A DNA stretch of 35,542 nt, taken from a virus (Duplodnaviria > Caudoviricetes). Where the stretch lies: positions 1 to 35,542 of IMG/VR virus record IMGVR_UViG_3300032255_000171; one strand, 5' to 3'. Shown here piece by piece: positions 1 to 7,656 of this stretch; the stretch's first letter is position 1; each line of letters opens with the position of its first letter. The notes under the pieces are model-generated. The model worked only from the letters and a program-made list of their open reading frames with translations. It was not told the origin of the DNA and did no database searches. A program made the position numbers and the translations under genes.

Positions 1-276
1 ATGGAGCCTAACATGTTCGGTAGCGGCCTCGGAATTGTAATATTCTTATTTTTAATTGTACTCGCCATATTGTGGTTTCTTCTCCCATTTGCTGTTTTTG
101 GCATCAAAGATAGGCTTGATAACTTTGTTACAGAAGCCAAATCAACCAATAAACATTTGGATAATCTGAGAGCTGAAATAGATGAATTACGTGATTCTTT
201 GGAGGCTGCTTTAGCCCAAAATAAAGCCGAGATTGATGCTGATGAATCACCATTATCCAGCCCCCAAAGCTCTTAA
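1..276 (+). CDS. Hypothetical membrane-anchored coiled-coil protein
   Basis: Long N-terminal hydrophobic segment (GLGIVIFLFLIVLAILWFLLPFAVFGI) then a heptad-rich tail. Convergent with the methyltransferase stop; could be prophage cargo or host. Confidence 0.7.
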   Translation: MEPNMFGSGLGIVIFLFLIVLAILWFLLPFAVFGIKDRLDNFVTEAKSTNKHLDNLRAEIDELRDSLEAALAQNKAEIDADESPLSSPQSS

Positions 277-307
277 TATAACCCTGCTAACGTTCACCAG
301 TTTCTAA

Positions 308-583
308 TTATACAGCTAAACTCTGTAAAATTCGTCGTGCTCACAATTTGGACAAACGTTATCCTTTCCTTTAACCCCTAATTTTTTTAGCGATAAAGAA
401 GGTATTTTTTTCATAGTATTTTCATCACCGATCCAGCCGCATAAGCAGTACTCAATCTGCTGTATAACAATACGTTCGTTCTAACCGCCTAAATTGTCGC
501 GGCTTTTTTGTTCAGTTGCTTCGTTTAAATTATTCATAATTTAATATCCTTGGTCTCGTTACCGGCGGCAGCACAACTCGGCG
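308..583 (+). mobile_element. Integron-type gene cassette (276 bp) inserted in the methyltransferase gene
   Basis: Begins TTATACAGC (308-316), the exact reverse complement of GCTGTATAA (459-467) at its own R'' box, and ends at the G of GTT (583). Deleting 308-583 rejoins GAG CTG ATA ATT AGA AAC TGG TGA. Confidence 0.88.
316..537 (-). pseudogene. Cassette ORF: small CxC/CxxC Zn-ribbon-like protein with an internal amber codon
   Basis: AAGGA RBS then ATG 537. Manual translation: MNNLNEATEQKSRDNLGG*NERIVIQQIEYCLCGWIGDENTMKKIPSLSLKKLGVKGKDNVCPNCEHDEFYRV*. The final TAG lies at the cassette edge. Confidence 0.7.
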
Positions 584-589
584 TTATCA
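462..589 (+). other. attC: attC recombination site (128 bp)
   Basis: R'' GTATAAC 462-468; 5-bp spacer; L'' GTTCGTTC 474-481 pairs with L' GCACAAC 571-577 leaving C477 extrahelical; second extrahelical A484; CCGCC/GGCGG stem; 5-bp spacer; R' GTTATCA 583-589; AT-rich terminal loop. Confidence 0.88.
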
Positions 590-1212
590 GCTCTTTTTTT
601 GGGCTTCTGCCTTGTACCCTACCTACGGTGTAGGTGATGGGCACAGCCTTCATTTTCAGTCCTTTAAATACCTCTCTCATCTTGCTGCAATCATTGACGC
701 TGATGATCATATTTCCTTTGATTGACCTGGCAAGGTCAGCCATTTTACGATATTCACCCAGGCCAAATTCGTTGCCATAGCCTGCTGTATCCCAGTAGGG
801 TGGATCAAGATAGAATAGGGTGTGTGGACGGTCGTAGCGCTTTATACAAGCTAACCAATCGAGATTCTCTATAAAGGGCTGTACTGAGATCATGTTCAAT
901 TCGTAATAGGTTGATGCCATGCGTTCGATCAGTACCAGTGCCAAAGCTTTGGCCATCTACTTTGCCACCAAATGCATGTTTTTGAAGGTAGTAGAATCTG
1001 GCAGCTCTTTGGATATCAGTTAGGGTTTCAAGGCGTTTCATCTTTTCCCACTCAAACACCTTCCGGCTGGTAATGGCCCATTTAAACTGGCGTATAAACT
1101 CTTCTGTGGTCAGGAAATAATGGTAAGATTTTGTCTGCTAAGCGGCTTTTGCCACCCATCCAGGGTATAAAAGGTTTAGACATCGTGAGCCTCTTTTATT
1201 GTTAATCTGTAC

Positions 1213-1317
1213 TAGGCTCCTTATTGTCACGTCGACATGGCGGGAGGCCTTAGCTAGCTCACCGTGTGTTGGCGACTGTTTGTATCTGAACATACAACCA
1301 GTCGCTTCTCTTTTTTT
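1213..1317 (+). ncRNA. Candidate structured small RNA upstream of, and opposite to, the methyltransferase
   Basis: Extended -10-like TGtTAATCT at 1200-1208; AGGCTCC...GGAGGCCT pairing around TGTC-ACGTC-GACA; closing hairpin and T-run. Confidence 0.4.
1272..1317 (+). terminator. Intrinsic terminator-like hairpin, plus strand
   Basis: GCGACTG-t-TTGTAT-ctgaac-ATACAA-c-CAGTCGC followed by TTCTCTTTTTTT. Confidence 0.65.
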
Positions 1318-1375
1318 AATTCCTATCCAAAATTTATTTGCAGTACAATTTCAGAAGATGATTTTCAAATTACAG

Positions 1376-2191
1376 CTATAAACCCCTTGCTGTCATATAA
1401 GTTTGAATTGCATCTCGTAAATTAGATAACTCAATTGAAGTTAATCCGCCACCAACGCCCCAGGCTGCAAAATCCTGACTTCCCACAGACTGTAACGGTA
1501 ATCCATTCAGATTCAGTCCGCCAACAAATATATCAGCATCTGCTGGGCCCGCGTCTGATAATAAAGCGTCCGTTACTGTCTCTGCATCATGTCGTAACTC
1601 AACGGCATTGTTGGCTGTTCGTGTTCCTCCATAAAAACCAACACCAGCACTCGTTGCCAGAACTGGGCTCACCGTAGTATCTTGACCAGCGAGCATTGCT
1701 GATTGAATGTCGCTCGCTATCTGAATGGACAGTATATTTCCGCTTACCGTTGTCCATGCTCCCATTGCGCCAAGCACACCAACAGCCAAATTCACTCTCG
1801 CTGTTCTATAGAAGAATTGCGACATGTTATCCAGTGACATGTTTTCAATACCAGTGTCTTTAATTTGAGTGTTAATGTATGCTATATTTCCGCTACCGTT
1901 ATTATTAGTATTTAATCCTAATGCAGCATTGTATGTCACTGTTGAGGTGCCTGCATCAACAGCAACAGAATCCTTAAAGCCTTTCAAACCTAAAAGGCTA
2001 TCTGCTTTATTTTTGTGAATAACATAAAGATCATCTAATTTTGTCCACACACCATCGGTTTTAAGCTTAACAATTAAATTATTAATATCTTTTTTAAGCT
2101 TTAAATCAACATTAGACAATCGGGCAAAATGCGGCCTTGCATCTATGTCATACGAAGGTTCTGATGTATGAATTAATGCTGTATTAAACAT
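1376..2191 (-). CDS. Putative receptor-binding / fibre-tip protein, beta-rich
   Basis: Directly after the short fibre gene; AGAGGT RBS before ATG 2191 (MFNTAL...). INNLIVKLKTDGVWTKLDDLY segment, then a G/N/T/S-rich beta-type body. Confidence 0.65.
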   Translation of the reverse strand: MFNTALIHTSEPSYDIDARPHFARLSNVDLKLKKDINNLIVKLKTDGVWTKLDDLYVIHKNKADSLLGLKGFKDSVAVDAGTSTVTYNAALGLNTNNNGSGNIAYINTQIKDTGIENMSLDNMSQFFYRTARVNLAVGVLGAMGAWTTVSGNILSIQIASDIQSAMLAGQDTTVSPVLATSAGVGFYGGTRTANNAVELRHDAETVTDALLSDAGPADADIFVGGLNLNGLPLQSVGSQDFAAWGVGGGLTSIELSNLRDAIQTYMTARGL

Positions 2192-2201
2192 TTCAATACC
2201 T

Positions 2202-2753
2202 CTATGGTGCGAAGTTAAAACTGGCTGATGCAAGAAATATTGTACCTGTGTAATACATCGTAACCAGATCTATATAACCAGGCGTTGTAGTCAGTATAGG
2301 CGCACTACCACTTTGCCAGTGTACATTGGCTGGCCAGGTGATCGTCCAGCCACCTGTGCTATCTTGCACGGGTCGTAATACATATACAGCACCAGGTTTT
2401 GGATTACTGATTGCATCAATAGTCATATCACCCGTTAATGTTATAACCGCATTTTGAGCCAGATTCAAATTCCATGTCAGATTTGCTGTATAGCTTAATG
2501 TCTTTTCAGAAATGTGCTGGTTATCAATCCAGTTATGGGCCGTATTGAAAATGGCGGCCAGCAGTTGTGTTCTGTCAGTTTTACTAAGTGCTATGCCCAT
2601 AGCTTCAATTAAAGTTGCCAGTTCTTCCTGCATAGCATTTAAATGATCCGGTTCAACAACAGTTGAGTTTGCATAATAACTGTTAGGATTCGGCCCAACA
2701 GCTTGTGGTGTAGGTAATACCTGTTGAGATGATGAGTTGTCTACGCGATACAT
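2202..2753 (-). CDS. Short tail fibre / adaptor protein
   Basis: Follows gp48. Mu-like fibre N-terminus (LNAMQEELATLIEAMGIALSKTDRTQLLAAI) plus a compact C-terminal domain (VQDSTGGWTITWP...IDLVTMYY). Confidence 0.8.
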   Translation of the reverse strand: MYRVDNSSSQQVLPTPQAVGPNPNSYYANSTVVEPDHLNAMQEELATLIEAMGIALSKTDRTQLLAAIFNTAHNWIDNQHISEKTLSYTANLTWNLNLAQNAVITLTGDMTIDAISNPKPGAVYVLRPVQDSTGGWTITWPANVHWQSGSAPILTTTPGYIDLVTMYYTGTIFLASASFNFAP

Positions 2754-2763
2754 GTTAAGTCCC

Positions 2764-3348
2764 CTACGTGTAATTAAATGTTACTTTTGTGTGCGCCGGT
2801 TTTAGTGCATTCATGGCGCACTCAAGTAATTGGTTGTTAGAAATTTGCAATGGGTCACCCGCAGATGATTGGCCAGCACGAAAATAAATAATCGTAGTGC
2901 CTGGTGCATTAACCTGCCATGTCATTATCGCATTTGTGTAATACAGGGCATCTCCCGTAAGTGAGCTTCCTGCTCGGAATGGTAAAAATTCAGTAATTGT
3001 GATGATATAACCCAGGCGAACTGCTACATCTATATAAAACTGCCGTGATAGACCGCGCTGTATACTTAACACACCAAGCAGTGAATTCCGGCGTTCCTGT
3101 AATAACGTAAGTTGGCCAACACATATGTCCGGCAATCCAGCGATTCTCTCCCAATCAGGTAGTAATTTGACTGTAGTGTCTGGGAATATCTCATTTAGTA
3201 ATTCATTTGCACGTGCATCTACTCTTGCAAGTTCTTCAGCTAAAGCAAGTAATAGACGAGTGAGATTGTTACTCGTTTGCCTTTCTGGCCATAGTGAACC
3301 CTGGGGAAGAAGTGCAATGAGTTGTTGTTTGTAATCTTCGCTGTTCAC
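2764..3348 (-). CDS. Baseplate wedge protein, Mu gp48 / YmfQ (DUF2313)-like
   Basis: LIALLPQG-LW, LLPDWERIAGLPD and KPAHT motifs; likely GTG start at 3348 after GGAG. Confidence 0.9.
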   Translation of the reverse strand: MNSEDYKQQLIALLPQGSLWPERQTSNNLTRLLLALAEELARVDARANELLNEIFPDTTVKLLPDWERIAGLPDICVGQLTLLQERRNSLLGVLSIQRGLSRQFYIDVAVRLGYIITITEFLPFRAGSSLTGDALYYTNAIMTWQVNAPGTTIIYFRAGQSSAGDPLQISNNQLLECAMNALKPAHTKVTFNYT

Positions 3349-3349
3349 A

Positions 3350-4405
3350 TCAACTCCACGTAATATTACCCATAACAGGTATATTACCGGATACATAATT
3401 AATGTCTGCGGCGGGGGTATTCAAAACGTGATCAGTTTCACCAGCCGCGAGACTAATTGCTTCATTGATGCGACTCACGCGCAATACACCACCTGGTGAC
3501 ACATCCCGTAAGAGCAGGTCTTTCAGCTCGGCTTGAACAGCAGACTGAACAGTTGCATTGCCTGGTGTTAATATAATGTCAAAATTTTGAGTAACTGGTA
3601 TTGGTGCAACAACAAATAACTGCGTAGTAACAGGGCGGAGTAGATCAATATAATTCTGAACAGTAGTAACGTCAGTAGGCTGCGGAATACCATCACCGTA
3701 TATATCGTCCATCATAAATCTAACAGCGATTGAGTTATCACCGTTCTCGAGCGGAAAAGACCACGCACGTGTAACACCTGCAACCTCTAGCGCCCAACTT
3801 ATATAATCATTGGCATTACCGCCCTGAGGTGGTTTTTGTATTCGATTTAATAATCGTGTACGCAAATCAGTATCATTTTCCTGATCTACGCCGCCGATGA
3901 TTCCATTAACATCAACTGTGGCTATATTGTTAACACCTGATACTGGTACAACGAAACTTAAAGCACTGCTGGCGACAGTATTTCCATCTTTACTACCCTG
4001 TTTTGCAGTGGCAGCGACTGTTGCCGTTCCAGAAGCAATTGTCGCATCCATATCGGTCACAAATTCGGTTAAATCAGATCGTTGTAATAGAGTACCAGCC
4101 TGAATGAGACTGCCATCATTACCTGTAAGCGTTATATTGCCTTGTGCTTTTACAGAGATTTTGCGAATAATGCCCCAGATATTAGCCCAACGTTCCAAAT
4201 ACTCAGCCTCAGCTGTATCTATAATTGCCTGTTTAGACATCCAGTCGAGATATCCATATAAGCCGTGGATGGCACCTGATAATGTGCGCGCAATGATATT
4301 CAGAATCGTTCTGCGTAACTTCGGATCTGTACCCGGTAACCGACTTTGAATGTCGTTTTCAATTCGGCTAATCAGGTCTTTTAAAGTTGGTCTTATAAAT
4401 GGCAT
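3350..4405 (-). CDS. Baseplate J-like protein (Mu gp47)
   Basis: MPFIRPTL, GGVDQEND.DLR.RLL.RIQ.PPQGGN..DY..WA motifs; synteny. Confidence 0.93.
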   Translation of the reverse strand: MPFIRPTLKDLISRIENDIQSRLPGTDPKLRRTILNIIARTLSGAIHGLYGYLDWMSKQAIIDTAEAEYLERWANIWGIIRKISVKAQGNITLTGNDGSLIQAGTLLQRSDLTEFVTDMDATIASGTATVAATAKQGSKDGNTVASSALSFVVPVSGVNNIATVDVNGIIGGVDQENDTDLRTRLLNRIQKPPQGGNANDYISWALEVAGVTRAWSFPLENGDNSIAVRFMMDDIYGDGIPQPTDVTTVQNYIDLLRPVTTQLFVVAPIPVTQNFDIILTPGNATVQSAVQAELKDLLLRDVSPGGVLRVSRINEAISLAAGETDHVLNTPAADINYVSGNIPVMGNITWS

Positions 4406-4852
4406 TTAAACTGGCTCCAATGAATATTCAAACATCTGCTCAAATGGTTGGCCGGTGGCTTTGTAAACTCGCACCAATATTCCTAGCGTATTTTTTTTAA
4501 CCCACTCAGCTTCCACTTCGAGTTGACTGGCGACCTTGTCATTTAATAACCATTGAAGTGCAGACAATGCATACTCGCGCCCTCTCCTTAATACCTGGTC
4601 AGTTTGCTTTTCGCGATTCAACAACCACAATAGTGAGCCAATCATGTCACCCTGAATCGATGAAAATTCATCCGCCCACCACCCACAGCGGTTATCTGTG
4701 CCGTCTGGCAGATTATTATCGCTATCAAAAAAACGGTCTGTAAATAAAGAAATAATAATTGCTATGCGTAAACCACTATCACTTTGCAGATCAGGGCCGT
4801 TAATTAATACATCAAAGCCTAGGGTTTCATCTTGTTTAAGTGCTATATCCAT
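4406..4852 (-). CDS. Baseplate protein Mu gp46-like
   Basis: AIIISLFTDR, GWWAD, IGSLLWLL.REK motifs. Confidence 0.92.
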   Translation of the reverse strand: MDIALKQDETLGFDVLINGPDLQSDSGLRIAIIISLFTDRFFDSDNNLPDGTDNRCGWWADEFSSIQGDMIGSLLWLLNREKQTDQVLRRGREYALSALQWLLNDKVASQLEVEAEWVKKNTLGILVRVYKATGQPFEQMFEYSLEPV

Positions 4853-5445
4853 TACATCGAACTGCTGGGCGTTGCTGTTGTCATGGCTGCACCATCATCT
4901 GTATAGGCATGATCATGGGTATTATAGGTATCACGCATTGCCTGCATTGTGCCTGTTGAATCATTAACATCACCACCAACTTTTAAGTTTCCTGTAATCT
5001 CACAATCGGGTGTTACTATGGTGACTTTTGTACTGGCATTAATATTTACATCCGGTGCTATCGCATTAATGGTTTTTGCTGAATTAATCTCAATAACATT
5101 ATTGCGTTTGAAGTGAATGACATCACCTTCATCGGTGTACATTGCAACTTCACCTTCCTGTAAATTTTTTAACCGAAAACGACGATCACCTACGCATACA
5201 GCTACCGTGTGGCCACGACGTCCACCCAAACTTGCCAACAATACTTCAGCTTCAGGGTGTGGGTGAGAGGTATAGCCATATTGTTCAAAGTGTTCAACAT
5301 TATCGAGTACAGTGCCTAACACCTGTACCTGTAATTCCTGCATCATTAAGCTGGGATCAATCAACTTCACTACGCCACGGGTAATTAGCAATTGAATGCG
5401 GCGCTTCATAGGTGACATTAGTTTTGCGATAGCTCTTAAGGTCAT
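4852..5445 (-). CDS. Baseplate central spike (Mu gp45)
   Basis: VEHFEQYGYTSHP, GEVAMY, C-terminal metal-binding HxH (YNTHDH). Confidence 0.92.
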   Translation of the reverse strand: MTLRAIAKLMSPMKRRIQLLITRGVVKLIDPSLMMQELQVQVLGTVLDNVEHFEQYGYTSHPHPEAEVLLASLGGRRGHTVAVCVGDRRFRLKNLQEGEVAMYTDEGDVIHFKRNNVIEINSAKTINAIAPDVNINASTKVTIVTPDCEITGNLKVGGDVNDSTGTMQAMRDTYNTHDHAYTDDGAAMTTATPSSSM

Positions 5446-6485
5446 AACACAAAGCCTGCATCGTCATCTTTGGGTTCGGGCAACTCGATTAGATCAAACG
5501 CTTCCTTTGGCATCACCTGAATCTCAACACGCTCACCATCATCATCTAATAAAAAATCGACGGAAACTATTAGCCGATCACCTTTAATTTTTGAAAAAAC
5601 ATCGTTCACAGGTACTACTTTATTAGGTGCCCATAAGCCACCATCATGATGCCAGCCAAGAACGGTATAAATAATCGAGCGGCTACGTCCAAAAGATGTA
5701 TTGCGTTGCCATTCACCGCGGCTTTTACAATCGGCAATATCAGCTGCACCATCAATCAATAATAATGTTGGACGAAATCGTTCTACATACTTACTTTCAA
5801 CAGTGCTGGTTGTGAGCGCAGTTGCATCACCAAACAGATTGTCGTTGCCTTTTTGCTGTCCACTTATCACATATTGGCTAAACAACTCGCTAGAACTAAA
5901 CTCACCGCTCGCACTTTTAATATTCTCACCTAACGTCAGAGAGGTATTGATACGCTCTGTCCCTGCGCGAACAAACTCAATATTGCCATCCATATCGCTT
6001 ACAATGCGAACCGCTCTAACCCGTGCCAAAGTTTCAATAAATTCAAATATTGGCTGCCCTTCTTCGAGCGTCTGCTTATTAACAAACGGCCCACCGATAT
6101 CTGCTTTTGCAGTAACATTAATATCAAATGGCGAACAAAGCTCAGTTGCAATTTGTAGTAGAGTTCGATTATTAAATTCTTTACCTGGTAAAGAACAATC
6201 AACTAAGTCACCGGCTTTGCTGCGTCCAGAAACGCTAAGGCTATGTTCGGTTGCATTATATTCAGGGGTTATATTATCTATATAACCTGTGATGATTTTT
6301 TCACCGTCAATCGATATCTCACATTTATCGCCGGTTTTTATTTCACGTGGCGGCTCATCATTGCCCCAGCTATCAGTAAGGCTTAGCGAGAAGCTATCTG
6401 CAATTGATTCTAATGAGCGGCGAATTCTTACTGATGTCCAGCCACGATGAATATCACCATTAACTTTTAATATAAGATCAGACAT
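5442..6485 (-). CDS. Baseplate hub protein (Mu gpP/gp44)
   Basis: GWTSVRIRRS, VSGRSKAGDLVDCS, LW.PN..V.V.D motifs. Confidence 0.92.
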   Translation of the reverse strand: MSDLILKVNGDIHRGWTSVRIRRSLESIADSFSLSLTDSWGNDEPPREIKTGDKCEISIDGEKIITGYIDNITPEYNATEHSLSVSGRSKAGDLVDCSLPGKEFNNRTLLQIATELCSPFDINVTAKADIGGPFVNKQTLEEGQPIFEFIETLARVRAVRIVSDMDGNIEFVRAGTERINTSLTLGENIKSASGEFSSSELFSQYVISGQQKGNDNLFGDATALTTSTVESKYVERFRPTLLLIDGAADIADCKSRGEWQRNTSFGRSRSIIYTVLGWHHDGGLWAPNKVVPVNDVFSKIKGDRLIVSVDFLLDDDGERVEIQVMPKEAFDLIELPEPKDDDAGFVL

Positions 6486-7656
6486 GGATTAACACCTCTA
6501 ATTCCTGGCCACCAGTAACAAAACCCGGATGATGTACATGATTGCGACTGATTATCTCGGCATCACGATTGGCATCTTGATGAATACGATGCGCTAATAC
6601 CAGGGCAGGCAACGACGCTTTGTTTTCAAAATAAGTTACGCGAGGTAATTTAGCTGCCTCAACACGAATATACTCAACCAATGTAGATCTTAATTGTTGA
6701 AGTGCATCATAAACAGTATTTGAAATCACAATAGTGGATGATTGCACCGCGGGTTCTTCTATCTGCGCATCAATAGCAGCAAGTAATTTGTCACGCACAA
6801 CAATGGCATCACTTATAGAGGCAAAGTCAATTGTGGTAGTTAATAAGCAGGCTTCAGAAATGGCGGCCTGTTGCACTAACTGGTGCATAGCCGCTGTATT
6901 GTCAATCTGTTGAATGCGGTTTGAGGTAGTCTGCGGAATTTGTGGGCTGCTAGATCCAGAATCAAATAATCCACTGTATAAGTTCAGCGCACGAAATGGA
7001 TCTTTAAGTGAATTCTTAACATTATTAAACGTACCCATAATGGCCGAACCTAAATTAAAGGGGGCGCGGATCAGTGCTGTAATCGGGCCTGTAATACCAT
7101 CAACCACATCTTCGATAGTCTGCAATGCGCTTTCAATTTCACTCTGCACTTCATCAACAAATTGCTGGGCCTGATTTAAAGTATCGAAAACATCAGCAAA
7201 GGCATTGGTGGCCGCTTCCTGAAACTCAAGAACGGCACCGACTAATCCAGATAGATTATCAACCTCAACCAGTTCTTCTGGCTCATCGGGTACACGAATA
7301 AAGTTAATAGTAAAACTGGCCTTGCCACCTTCACGAGTAGTTTGGCGCACCCGAGGCTTACCGAGTACTTGAACGGTCACTGTACCGAAATATGGATGTT
7401 CGAGTACGCCTGGGCCTTTCTCGTCTAGTGCCGCAATTAATTTGTCTCGGTCTGCAAAATAGTCAGAGCCGATTACAAATACATCTATGCTGAATTCGCG
7501 AGTACCCGCGCCCAGGTCTTCTATATAGGGTTTATCACGCAGTGGAAACTCATGAGTTTGTTTGCGGCGGCCAAAAGTCGAATCATCAGTGCTTATAATA
7601 AATTCTGCATTACGAAACTTACCAATGCCTTCATTAAACTCTGTGCGCCACTTCAT
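6478..7656 (-). CDS. DNA circularisation protein (Mu gpN/gp43)
   Basis: GRR.Q.HEFP.RD.PY.EDLG, GPG.L.HPYFG, C-terminal PALVLAH...HPGFV. Confidence 0.92.
   Translation of the reverse strand: MKWRTEFNEGIGKFRNAEFIISTDDSTFGRRKQTHEFPLRDKPYIEDLGAGTREFSIDVFVIGSDYFADRDKLIAALDEKGPGVLEHPYFGTVTVQVLGKPRVRQTTREGGKASFTINFIRVPDEPEELVEVDNLSGLVGAVLEFQEAATNAFADVFDTLNQAQQFVDEVQSEIESALQTIEDVVDGITGPITALIRAPFNLGSAIMGTFNNVKNSLKDPFRALNLYSGLFDSGSSSPQIPQTTSNRIQQIDNTAAMHQLVQQAAISEACLLTTTIDFASISDAIVVRDKLLAAIDAQIEEPAVQSSTIVISNTVYDALQQLRSTLVEYIRVEAAKLPRVTYFENKASLPALVLAHRIHQDANRDAEIISRNHVHHPGFVTGGQELEVLIHV

Larger units (their letters stand above)
294..1183 (-). pseudogene. Dam-like (D12-class) DNA adenine methyltransferase, broken by two frameshifting deletions and a cassette insertion
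   Basis: RBS AAAGAGG then ATG 1183: MSKPFIPWMGGKSRLADKILPLFPDH; junction ~1105; EEFIRQFKWAITSRK...RAARFYYLQKHAFGG...HDLSTA; junction ~876; FIENLDW...FYLDPPY...KKELI; last codons (I)RNW-TGA lie at 307-294 beyond the insert. Confidence 0.92.

Noticed and set aside
1-276. ORF 1-276 as the cargo of the attC cassette
   Set aside because: The cassette boundary is at 308 and the methyltransferase's last codons (294-307) lie in between.
276-364. Second attC (ATATAAC...GTTATCC)
   Set aside because: No complementary L boxes; the region is explained by the methyltransferase end and the cassette ORF.
491-501. TTGTCGC as a right-end transposase site
   Set aside because: Single 7-bp match inside the cassette, in the same orientation as the left-end repeats.
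534-1059. ORFs 534-956 and 805-1059 as independent genes or a programmed frameshift
   Set aside because: They are fragments of one gene with conserved residues missing at each junction and no slippery motif.
1199-1381. 60-aa plus-strand ORF or a com homologue
   Set aside because: No paired CxxC zinc finger, and it reads through a terminator-like hairpin.
1376-2753. Invertible tail-fibre segment or diversity-generating retroelement
   Set aside because: No invertase, reverse transcriptase, flanking inverted repeats or template repeat seen.
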